Source: Clostridia bacterium (lineage in GTDB: Bacteria > Bacillota > Clostridia > Oscillospirales > SIG627). Taken from it: a stretch of 64,000 nucleotides of DNA. Positions 30,654 to 39,600 of the stretch are shown piece after piece. The notes under the pieces are model-generated. The model saw only the letters and a list, made by a program, of their open reading frames with translations. It was not told where the DNA came from and did no database searches. Within the stretch, counting starts at the first letter, position 1. Each line of letters starts with the position of its first letter. Made by a program: the position numbers and the translations under genes. Where the stretch lies: positions 4,302-68,301 of the forward strand of contig JAFSGN010000009.1 of assembly GCA_017440805.1 (NCBI GenBank), in the 5' to 3' direction.

Positions 30654-31534
30654 AGTTTTAAATCAAATAATTCGGCATCCTCCACGGGAGAGGAATAATA
30701 GTTTTTACGGACGCCGACCTTTTCAAAGCCTTTCTTTTTATAAAGTGAAATTGCACTGCTGTTTGAGGCGCGTACCTCCAGCCTTACACACGAAGCATTT
30801 TTATCTTTTGCAAACCTTACTGCTCTGTCAAGAAGTGCCTGACCTATTCCCATACGGCGAAACTCCGAGGATACGGCAATGTCGGTAATTTCAATCCAGT
30901 CATCTATACAGTATATAGTTACAAAGCCTGTTATTTTCCCGTCTTTCAATGCGACAAATCCTCTTGCATATTCATTGGCATCAAGACGGCAGAACTCTTG
31001 TTCACTCCACGGATTTGAAAAGCATTCTGCGGCTATGCGGTACATATCATGTGCATATCTTACATTATACGGATGAATTTCAAAATCTTCGTATTCCTCC
31101 ACATCGCACAGGTGTGAGAAAATACTTTCTATCCCGCTTTCAATCATCTGAAGGCACTTTTGGTATTCATCAACACCGCATCCGTACGGGTCGCTTATAT
31201 CTTTGGGCATAGATATAACCACCTTGCCTTTAAGATTATCAGGAAAGAGGTTTTTTATCATTTCGGTATGGGCGGAGGTAATTCCAACTATAATCTGACT
31301 TTGCTCAACAAGGGCGGCATTTATCTGAATTGCCCGGTGAATTACCTCTTTTCCGTAGCGTTTTTCAAGAACTTCTTTTGCATTTTTGGTAATACTGTCA
31401 CCTATTCCCACAGCGATACCGCAGGACTGTGCCGTATACGGAACACCGTTTTTCTCAAAAAAATTATCCGCACAAACCTGTGCCATAGGACTTCGACAAG
31501 TATTTCCCGTGCAAACAAACAAAACCTTTGTCAC
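30647..31534 (-). CDS. Fusion protein: low-molecular-weight phosphatase (YwlE/arginine-phosphatase-type P-loop) fused to RimI-type GNAT N-acetyltransferase
   Basis: N-terminal about 145 aa carries VCTGNTCRSPMA (CX5RS) and DISDPYG. C-terminal about 150 aa carries NPWSEQEF and RRMGIGQALL (GNAT/RimI). 7-nt overlap with the tsaD start. Confidence 0.85.
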   Translation of the reverse strand: MTKVLFVCTGNTCRSPMAQVCADNFFEKNGVPYTAQSCGIAVGIGDSITKNAKEVLEKRYGKEVIHRAIQINAALVEQSQIIVGITSAHTEMIKNLFPDNLKGKVVISMPKDISDPYGCGVDEYQKCLQMIESGIESIFSHLCDVEEYEDFEIHPYNVRYAHDMYRIAAECFSNPWSEQEFCRLDANEYARGFVALKDGKITGFVTIYCIDDWIEITDIAVSSEFRRMGIGQALLDRAVRFAKDKNASCVRLEVRASNSSAISLYKKKGFEKVGVRKNYYSSPVEDAELFDLKLC

Positions 31535-31606
31535 AGAAACCTCCTTATCAGATGATAAAAATTTTCTACGGTCTGCCGATGTGAATTTACTGCCGAAAAG
31601 TCAGAA

Positions 31607-32092
31607 TCAGTATCCGAAAGTACCGTTGAGACTGTCATCGTCATTTATCCATTCTTCAACATCTATTTCGGTGTACAGTTCAGGAGTATTGCGGACAATA
31701 ACCTTTGAGATACCTGCATTTATAATAAGTTTTTTACACATCTGACAACTGCATCCGTTAGGAATCAGTTCTCCTGTTTTACTGTCTATACCTGCAAGAT
31801 ACAGTGTTGCATCCAGCATATTTTCACGAGATGCAGAAATAATTGCGTTTGCCTCCGCATGAACAGAACGGCAGAGTTCATATCGTTCGCCTCTGGGTAT
31901 ATTGAGTTTTTCACGCTGACAAAATCCCAAATCACAGCAATTCTGTCGTCCTCTGGGTGCTCCCGCATATCCGGTTGAGACAATACTGTCATTTTTTACT
32001 ATTATTGCACCGTACTTTCTTCTCAGGCAAGTTCCTCTTTTGGCAACCGTCTGGGCAATATCCAGATAATAGTTAATTTTACTTACTCGCAT
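31607..32092 (-). CDS. Deoxycytidylate (dCMP) deaminase, ComEB family
   Basis: HAEANAI and SCQMCKKLIINAG zinc-binding motifs. Confidence 0.88.
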   Translation of the reverse strand: MRVSKINYYLDIAQTVAKRGTCLRRKYGAIIVKNDSIVSTGYAGAPRGRQNCCDLGFCQREKLNIPRGERYELCRSVHAEANAIISASRENMLDATLYLAGIDSKTGELIPNGCSCQMCKKLIINAGISKVIVRNTPELYTEIDVEEWINDDDSLNGTFGY

Positions 32093-32131
32093 ATATGTAT
32101 TCCTTTCAGCAAATAATTGACAGGTTTCTTT

Positions 32132-33004
32132 TTATATGGTCTTTGAGAACACCTTTAAAAACCTGCGGAATTCTTCTCCCACTTCGTCATTCTTTACACC
32201 CATCATAACATTTGCCATCAAAAATCCCAGTTTGCTTCCCATATCGTGACGGATTCCCTCATATTCGTATGCCATGACTTTACCTGATTTTGCCTGTACT
32301 GCCATAGCGTCGGTGAGCTGAATTTCATTTCCTGCACCCGGTTGAACATTTTCCAGAATATCAAAAATATCCGGTGTGAGAAGTGCTCTGCCGAGAATGG
32401 AAAGATTTGAATATTTCTTTTCAATGGGCGGTTTTTCTATCATATCGGATACCTTATAAATTCTGTCGCTGCACTTTTCCACTTTAAGCGAACAGTATTT
32501 TACTATCTGCTCATCGGTAACCTCCTGAACTCCCACAACAGACATGCCGTACTCATTGTAAACATCTACCATTTTCCTGGTTGTAGACACAGGAGCATCT
32601 ATAACATCATCACCGTAAAGTACCATAAAAGGCTCATCGCCTACAAAGGACCTAGCACGGAGAACCGCGTGTCCCAGTCCCTTGGGCTCTTTCTGACGGA
32701 TAAAATATATATTTGCAAGATTGGCAACACTGCGCTGATTTTCAAGAAGTTGAAGTTTTCCGGATGAAGCCAGTTTATTTTCGTATTCAACAGAATAGTC
32801 AAAGTAATTTTCAATTGCCTCTTTGCCACGGTTTGTTATTATAAGTATATCTGTAATTCCTGCCTCAACCGCTTCCTCAACAAGATACTGAATAGACGGC
32901 TTATCCACAATGGGCATAATTTCCTTGGGTACACCTGCTGCCGCAGGAAGCATTCTTGTTCCCAAACCTGCTGCCGGAATAACTGCCTTGGTAATCTTTT
33001 TCAT
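32132..33004 (-). CDS. galU: UTP-glucose-1-phosphate uridylyltransferase
   Basis: AVIPAAGLGTRMLPA..PKEIMPIVDKPSIQYLVEEA. The ATG at 33004 has an AGGAG RBS. Confidence 0.93.
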   Translation of the reverse strand: MKKITKAVIPAAGLGTRMLPAAAGVPKEIMPIVDKPSIQYLVEEAVEAGITDILIITNRGKEAIENYFDYSVEYENKLASSGKLQLLENQRSVANLANIYFIRQKEPKGLGHAVLRARSFVGDEPFMVLYGDDVIDAPVSTTRKMVDVYNEYGMSVVGVQEVTDEQIVKYCSLKVEKCSDRIYKVSDMIEKPPIEKKYSNLSILGRALLTPDIFDILENVQPGAGNEIQLTDAMAVQAKSGKVMAYEYEGIRHDMGSKLGFLMANVMMGVKNDEVGEEFRRFLKVFSKTI

Positions 33005-33196
33005 TGTAAATCCCACTCCTTTTAAATAAATTATACAATTCCAATTATATTATACAACAAAAGCCTGAATAATTCAAGACACAATGATAAAATAAATTAT
33101 CTGACAAAAAATGTCCCGAATGCTATTTACTTTTAGTTTTAAATAGTGTATAATATACTGTATAAGTTTTCATTTTAATATTAAGGAGTTACAAAT

Positions 33197-34375
33197 ATGA
33201 CACAAGAGATGAAAAATGCGGCAATAGAATCCGCCGTTGAAAAATTCAAAACACTTCTGAGTGCACAACTTGACCGTGCACAGAACATAAAAAAAGACTC
33301 TGAGTTTGTCGACTATTCAAAACTTGACAAAATAATTATCGGTATCTGCGGAGGCGACGGTATAGGTCCTGTTATTTCCGCCCAGGCACAGAGAATTATG
33401 GAATACCTGCTCAAAGATGAAAATGCGAAGGGCAAAGTAGAATTCCGTGTTATAGACGGTCTTACCATTGAAAACCGTGCCGCTTGCGGAAAAGCAATTC
33501 CCGATGATGTAATGGAACAACTTTACCAATGCCATGTTATTCTCAAAGGACCCACAACAACTCCCCAGGCAGGCGACGGTTGGCCCAACATCGAAAGTGC
33601 CAATGTTGCAATGCGTAAAAAACTTGACCTGTTTGCAAATGTACGCCCGGTAAAAGTTCCCGACCAGAACATTGACTGGACCTTCTTCCGCGAAAACACC
33701 GAGGGCGGATATGCTGTAGGCAGTCAGGGTATTCATGTAGATGACGATCTGGCGGTAGACTTTGTTATTACAACAACCGAGGGTACCGACCGTATTGCCC
33801 GTCTTGCTTACGATTATGCAAAGAAAAACGGAAAAGACCATGTTTCTATTGTTACAAAAGCAAATGTAATAAAAACAACCGACGGCAAATTCCTGAATCT
33901 CTGTCAGAAAGTTGCTTCGGAATACCCTGAAATACGCACAACCGAATGGTACATAGACATTATGACCGCAAAACTGGTTGACCCCAAGAGAAGATGCGAC
34001 TTCCAGGTAGTAGTTCTTCCTAACCTTTACGGCGATATACTTACCGACGAAGCAGCAGAGTTCCAGGGCGGTGTAGGTACTGCGGGAAGTGCAAACATCG
34101 GTAAAAAGTACGCAATGTTTGAGGCAATTCACGGCTCTGCTCCCCGTATGGTTAAAGAAGGTCGTGCAGAGTATGCCGACCCCTGTTCAATGCTCAGGGC
34201 AGTTGTACTTCTGCTGAGTCACATCGGATATCAGACAGAATCCGACAGACTCGCAAAAGCCCTTGATATATGTATGTTTGAAGAGAAAAAACTTACCATG
34301 ACCGGCCGTTCCGACGGTGCTACCGCCGCACAGTTTGCCGATTATGTTATGGAAACCATAGAAAAGATTAGATAA
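33197..34375 (+). CDS. Isocitrate/isopropylmalate dehydrogenase family protein (probable isocitrate dehydrogenase)
   Basis: GGDGIGPV, RENTEGGY and NLYGDILTDEAA motifs. 392 aa. Confidence 0.8.
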   Translation: MTQEMKNAAIESAVEKFKTLLSAQLDRAQNIKKDSEFVDYSKLDKIIIGICGGDGIGPVISAQAQRIMEYLLKDENAKGKVEFRVIDGLTIENRAACGKAIPDDVMEQLYQCHVILKGPTTTPQAGDGWPNIESANVAMRKKLDLFANVRPVKVPDQNIDWTFFRENTEGGYAVGSQGIHVDDDLAVDFVITTTEGTDRIARLAYDYAKKNGKDHVSIVTKANVIKTTDGKFLNLCQKVASEYPEIRTTEWYIDIMTAKLVDPKRRCDFQVVVLPNLYGDILTDEAAEFQGGVGTAGSANIGKKYAMFEAIHGSAPRMVKEGRAEYADPCSMLRAVVLLLSHIGYQTESDRLAKALDICMFEEKKLTMTGRSDGATAAQFADYVMETIEKIR

Positions 34376-34378
34376 AAT

Positions 34379-35017
34379 ATGAAAAAAACAATCGAACAAA
34401 AACAAATTTCCAATGCCGTTATCAACCGACTCCCCAGATATCACCGGTACCTGGGCGAACTTTTAAAGAGCGATATTACCCGTATTTCTTCTAATGCCCT
34501 TGCACAGAAAATGTCTATCACCGCCTCGCAAATCCGTCAGGATTTGAACTGTTTCGGTGGGTTTGGCCAACAGGGATACGGATATAATGTTGCGCTCCTT
34601 TACAAGGAAATCGGAAAAATTCTGGGGGTTGACAAATCATATAATGCAATAATAATTGGTATAGGAAACCTGGGACATTCTCTTGCATCACATCATATGT
34701 TCAAAAACCGCGGTGTTAATCTTATCGGTTTGTTTGATGTAAATCCCGATATTGTAGGAACAAATGTTCTTTCATTACAGGTAAAAGAAATATCGGAACT
34801 GGAAAATTTCTGCCATAACAATCGGGTAGACATTGCAGTTCTTACAGTACCGAAAGCCGAAACGCCCATAATGTGCGAACGACTTGCGGAACTCAATGTA
34901 AAGGGATTCTGGAACTTTTCCAATATGGAACTTGAACTTCCCGGTTACGATGTGCAGATTGAAAATGTCCACATGGGTGACAGCCTTATGAAACTTTGTT
35001 ACAGACTGACGCAATGA
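34379..35017 (+). CDS. rex: Redox-sensing transcriptional repressor Rex
   Basis: RLPRYHRYL winged helix and GIGNLGHSLA Rossmann fold. The start is 4 nt after the dehydrogenase stop. Confidence 0.92.
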   Translation: MKKTIEQKQISNAVINRLPRYHRYLGELLKSDITRISSNALAQKMSITASQIRQDLNCFGGFGQQGYGYNVALLYKEIGKILGVDKSYNAIIIGIGNLGHSLASHHMFKNRGVNLIGLFDVNPDIVGTNVLSLQVKEISELENFCHNNRVDIAVLTVPKAETPIMCERLAELNVKGFWNFSNMELELPGYDVQIENVHMGDSLMKLCYRLTQ

Positions 35018-35057
35018 TTTGTTCGTTATGCCCTTTTGTTGTATAAATTTACAATAC

Positions 35058-35097
35058 AAAAGACAGAAGTCAACCTGACTTCTGTCTTTATTCTTTT
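35058..35097. terminator. Bidirectional terminator
   Basis: A 12-bp perfect stem AGACAGAAGTCA/TGACTTCTGTCT with loop ACC, followed by TTATTCTTTTTT. Confidence 0.7.
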
Positions 35098-36564
35098 TTA
35101 TAGTACGGTATCGCAAAGACCGAAAACGGTAAGATTTACAAGTCCCGGAGTAATTCCCTTCGGCGCACCCAGTATTTTCAGTCTTACGGCACAGGTTCTT
35201 ACTGTATCAAATTCACGGTAATCAACCACAAGGTCCCGGTCATTTTCCGATGCATCTACCAGTGTATGCCAGTTTGTCTGTTTTGTGTCCGATGCATATT
35301 CTACAACATATCTGAACGGCCCGGGATTTATTCCGTTTTCGGTATCCATACCGATATCACGCCACAAAAGACGAATTGAGGAAACATTATAAAAAGTTTC
35401 GTTTCTTCCCACTGTATAAGTGATACAGGGTTGTTTGTCATCTTCGGCAGGCTGCCACCAGGTCAATACGCTTTCGTCTGAAGCATATATAGGCTCTCTT
35501 CCTTCTTTGAAACTGGTTGCACAAGGCCACACATTAAATGTCAAAGGCAGAAGTCCCGCACTGTTTCCTTCTTCAGGATGATTAAGTACACCGGGAGCAT
35601 ATTGAGGTGTTTCGGTAATACCGGGGCAGAAAATCTCGCCGTTTTCATCCACACCTACAGGGTCCATACCGATACGCCGTTCAAATTTATGGTTGAATCC
35701 GAAAACAGAAGAATAAAACATCCATAAAGTATCATTGGGACCTTTTACAATACTTCCGTGCCCTGCGCCTTTTACAACTCCGTATCGGCTCTCGGCAAGT
35801 GGGTTGTGGTTTTTCTGAGGTCTGAAACCTGAAAGAGGTCCCTGGTCGGAATATACCACCGCATTTACATATCCCGAATACTCTGTTCCGCATCCCGAAT
35901 ACATAAGATAGTATCTGTTGCCGATTTTAAACGCCCACTGTCCTTCTATCCAGCCCATGCGTCTGTTTTGATTATATTCTCCTGTGCATTGCCACTGTTT
36001 TGTCTTGTCAAATTCATTTATAACAACCGGCTCGGTTATAAGCATCCAGGGTTTGTCCGGGTCAAGTTCAGCACCCACGGTACTGGTATAATATTCAACA
36101 TCCCTTTCTCCGCAAATGTCCTTATCACTGCTGCCCTCGTGCCAGTAAAAATAAAGTCTGTCTCCGTCTGCAAGATAGCATCCGTCAGGCACTTTCATAT
36201 GATTTCCTTTTGTATCGGTAAGCATTCCGCAAAGTTTAAAAGGTCCTTCCGGACTGTCGGCGCAATACACCTCAGGTCTGCTATGACCGGAAAGATACCA
36301 TTTACCCCTAAACTCAACGATAGCAGGGCTGTAATTTACATTATCAACGCCTATATCTATCTTTTTCCAGTTTACAAAATCCTCACTTACATATGCCAGT
36401 TTATAACTGGGGTACATATACCATTTACCGTCATGGTATACAACACTTGGATCTCCCATTGAACGGTAATCGTTGATTCCTGACTGTTCCTTTGGCACTC
36501 TTACATCGTCTCTGTATCCGCTGGGCATATCCTCTACCGGAAGAGGATTACAGTATGTTTTCAT
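35098..36564 (-). CDS. Glycoside hydrolase family 43 protein with C-terminal discoidin (F5/8 type C)-like domain; no signal peptide
   Basis: NP.P..GDPSVVYHDGKWYMYPS and the GH43 five-blade pattern. The C-terminus NVSSIRLLWRD..YVVEYASD..WHTL is discoidin-like. The ATG at 36564 follows AAAGGA. Confidence 0.8.
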   Translation of the reverse strand: MKTYCNPLPVEDMPSGYRDDVRVPKEQSGINDYRSMGDPSVVYHDGKWYMYPSYKLAYVSEDFVNWKKIDIGVDNVNYSPAIVEFRGKWYLSGHSRPEVYCADSPEGPFKLCGMLTDTKGNHMKVPDGCYLADGDRLYFYWHEGSSDKDICGERDVEYYTSTVGAELDPDKPWMLITEPVVINEFDKTKQWQCTGEYNQNRRMGWIEGQWAFKIGNRYYLMYSGCGTEYSGYVNAVVYSDQGPLSGFRPQKNHNPLAESRYGVVKGAGHGSIVKGPNDTLWMFYSSVFGFNHKFERRIGMDPVGVDENGEIFCPGITETPQYAPGVLNHPEEGNSAGLLPLTFNVWPCATSFKEGREPIYASDESVLTWWQPAEDDKQPCITYTVGRNETFYNVSSIRLLWRDIGMDTENGINPGPFRYVVEYASDTKQTNWHTLVDASENDRDLVVDYREFDTVRTCAVRLKILGAPKGITPGLVNLTVFGLCDTVL

Positions 36565-36637
36565 AACAGGATTCCTTTCGTAATACAAAAGATTTTTTTA
36601 TTGCAGACGAATTATAGCATATGCACTATAAAAAGTC

Positions 36638-36673
36638 AACAGGTATTTCAAAAATTGAAATACCTGTTTTTTT
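36638..36673. terminator. Hairpin terminator downstream of carB-dapF
   Basis: AACAGGTATTTCAA/TTGAAATACCTGTT 14-bp stem. There is a T7 run on the plus side and GACTTTTT on the minus side. Confidence 0.55.
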
Positions 36674-36679
36674 AACTTA

Positions 36680-39600
36680 TTAATACTGTATTTCGCCCTC
36701 ATAAATCAATGAGGCTGTTCCTGTCAGATATACGGCATCGTCTGTGTAGTTTACAATAACATCTCCGCCTTTGAGTTTGACGGTTATATCTTCATCCTTA
36801 CTGCACATTCCGTTTTCAACTGCCGCAACAACTGCCGCACAGGCACCTGTTCCGCAAGCAACTGTTTCTCCGTTTCCTCGTTCCCAAACACGCATTTTCA
36901 ATGTATTTTTATTTACAAGGCGGACAAACTCGGTGTTGGTCCGTTCAGGAAAAAGCGGTGAGTTTTCAAACAACTGTCCTACCGTCTGAACATCAACATT
37001 ATCAACACGGTCGCAGAACACAACGCAGTGAGGGTTACCAAAAGAGACACAGGTAATATCGTATTCCTTTTCACCCACGGTAACCTTGCGGTTTACCGCA
37101 ATATCACCATCCAGATTAACAGGAATATCTGCAACCTTAAGGGAAGCCTTGCCCATATCAACCTCAACCGAACTTACAACGGAATTCATGATATACAGTT
37201 TCAGTTTACGAACACCTGACGGAGTTTCAACAGTCATAACTTCCTTGGGAACAAATCCATAGTCATATAGGAATTTTCCAACACAGCGTATGGCATTGCC
37301 CGCCATTTTTCCTTCGCTGCCATCAATATTGAACATACGCATTTTTGCATCGGCAACATCTGATTTTTCAATAAGCAGAAGTCCGTCCGCACCGATGCTG
37401 TAATGACGGTTAGTGTAGTTAACCGCAAGAGATTCAGGACATGAAATATCGCCGTTCATATTATTTAAAACAATGTAGTCGTTACCTGTTCCCTGCATTT
37501 TGTAGAATTTCAGTTTTTTGCGGGAAGAACGAAGGTCATTGATATTTACAAGTTCGGTATTGTTCTGTGTAAATCTTCCCAGCAATATATCGGCAAGAGC
37601 ATTTGCCGTATCAAGAGATGTTATGCAGGCAACCGAAAGTTGCAATGCACGGCGGTGAAGTCTGATATAATCATCGATAGAAGACTTCTTCTTTGCACCG
37701 GTATAGATAGTGTAAATAATCTTACCAGTTTCAAGAAGTTTTATCATATCGTCGCTGTGGCTGAGTTTATCTACCACCTCAACATCAATATCCAGCGAAG
37801 AAATTGCACGGGCAGTTCCCTCTGTTGCATATATCTTAAGACCCAGGTCATCAAGTTTCTTTGCAAGTTTTACAATTTCAAGTTGATCCTGCTTGCTTAC
37901 ACTTATAAGAACTCCGCGTCTGTGAGGGTCCTGAACATGTGATATATGGAAACCTGCCGAAACAAGTCCCTTGAAAAGTGCCTCTTCAAGTGTCTTTCCT
38001 ATACCCAGAACTTCTCCGGTAGACTTCATTTCAGGTCCGAGTGCCGAGTTTACATCGTTAAGTTTCTCAAAAGAGAACACAGGTACTTTTACCGAGAAAT
38101 AAGGCGGTGTCTTATAAAGTCCTGTTCCGTAACCCAGGGATTTAAGTGTTTGGCCAACCATTATTTTGGTTGCTATGTCAACCATAGGCACACCGGTTAC
38201 TTTGCTTATATAAGGTATTGTACGGGAAGCACGGGGATTAACCTCAATAACATAAAGTTCGTTCTGATAGATAAGGTACTGAATATTTACAAGTCCTTTG
38301 GTTCCCAGAGAAAGTGCAAGTTTAGTGGAGGACTCAATAACCTGATTCATCATTTTATCGTTTATGCTGTACGGAGGATAAACCGCAATTGAGTCACCGC
38401 TGTGTACGCCTGCGCGCTCGATATGCTGCATAATACCGGGGATAAGAACATCTTTTCCGTCTGATATAACATCAACCTCAAGTTCATTACCCATCATATA
38501 CTTATCAACAAGAACAGGATTTTCAATCTTCTGGGAAAGAATGATTTCCATATACTGCTCAACATCAGCCTGTGTATACGCAATTGTCATATTCTGACCG
38601 CCGATAACATATGAGGGGCGGAGAAGCACGGGATATCCCAGATTTTCTGCCGCTTCAAGCGCCTGTTCCAGTGTCATAACACCGATACCCTTGGGACGCT
38701 TGATATTAAAGGTTTCAAGAAGTGCATCAAATCTTTCTCTGTCTTCCGCAATGTCTATTCCGTCTGCAGATGTTCCGAGAATTGTTATATTGTTCTTTGC
38801 AAGGAATTTTGTAAGTTTTATTGCTGTCTGTCCGCCGAATGCCACAACAACACCGATAGGCTTTTCAATTTCGATTATATTCATAACATCTTCCGATGTC
38901 AGAGGTTCAAAGTAAAGACGGTCAGCAGTGTCAAAGTCTGTAGATACTGTTTCGGGGTTATTGTTTATTATAATAACCTCATAACCCAGTTTTTTCAGTG
39001 CCCATACACAGTGTACCGACGAATAATCGAACTCAATACCCTGACCTATACGGATAGGTCCTGAACCGAGAACTATAATTCTTTCCTTTTTACCTGTGAT
39101 ATGGTCAAGTGCCTCGTTCTTAGTATCATACGATGAGTAGAAATAAGGTGTCATTGCCTTATATTCACCGCCACATGTATCAACTGTTTTATAGGAGGCA
39201 CTCAGGTGTTTTTTAACTTTTGTACCCGAAATGCGTTCGATTGCAGTATCGGTATATCCCAGTTTCTTACCTTCAAGGTAAAGTTCATCGGTAATATGAC
39301 CTACAATACTCTTCTCGTAATTTACAAGATTCTTTATTTTATTTATAAACCATTTGTCTATACGGGTTATAGCATTGATTTCATCCACAGACACACCTCT
39401 CTGGAGTGCCTTGAATACCGTAAAAATACGCACATCATCAACATCTTCAAGTTTTTTCTTGATGTTATGTACCTGGTTGAGTGACTTCATATCCAGAGTG
39501 TCCTGAGATATTTCGGCACCTCTTACCGCTTTCATAAGCGCCGCCTCAAAACTTTGTCCTATGGACATTACTTCTCCGGTCGCTTTCATCTGAGTGCCCA

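Noticed and set aside
33317-34132. 271-aa minus-strand ORF inside the dehydrogenase gene
   Set aside because: It is antisense to a well-conserved CDS. It has low-complexity, Cys- and Phe-rich composition and no recognisable motifs.
36680-37498. DapF-like region as an independent gene starting at the internal ATG (MQGTGNDY)
   Set aside because: No stop codon separates it from carB, there is no Shine-Dalgarno sequence upstream of the ATG, and the conserved DapF N-terminal strand (LKFYKM) lies upstream of that ATG within the carB frame. Internal initiation cannot be fully excluded without proteomics.
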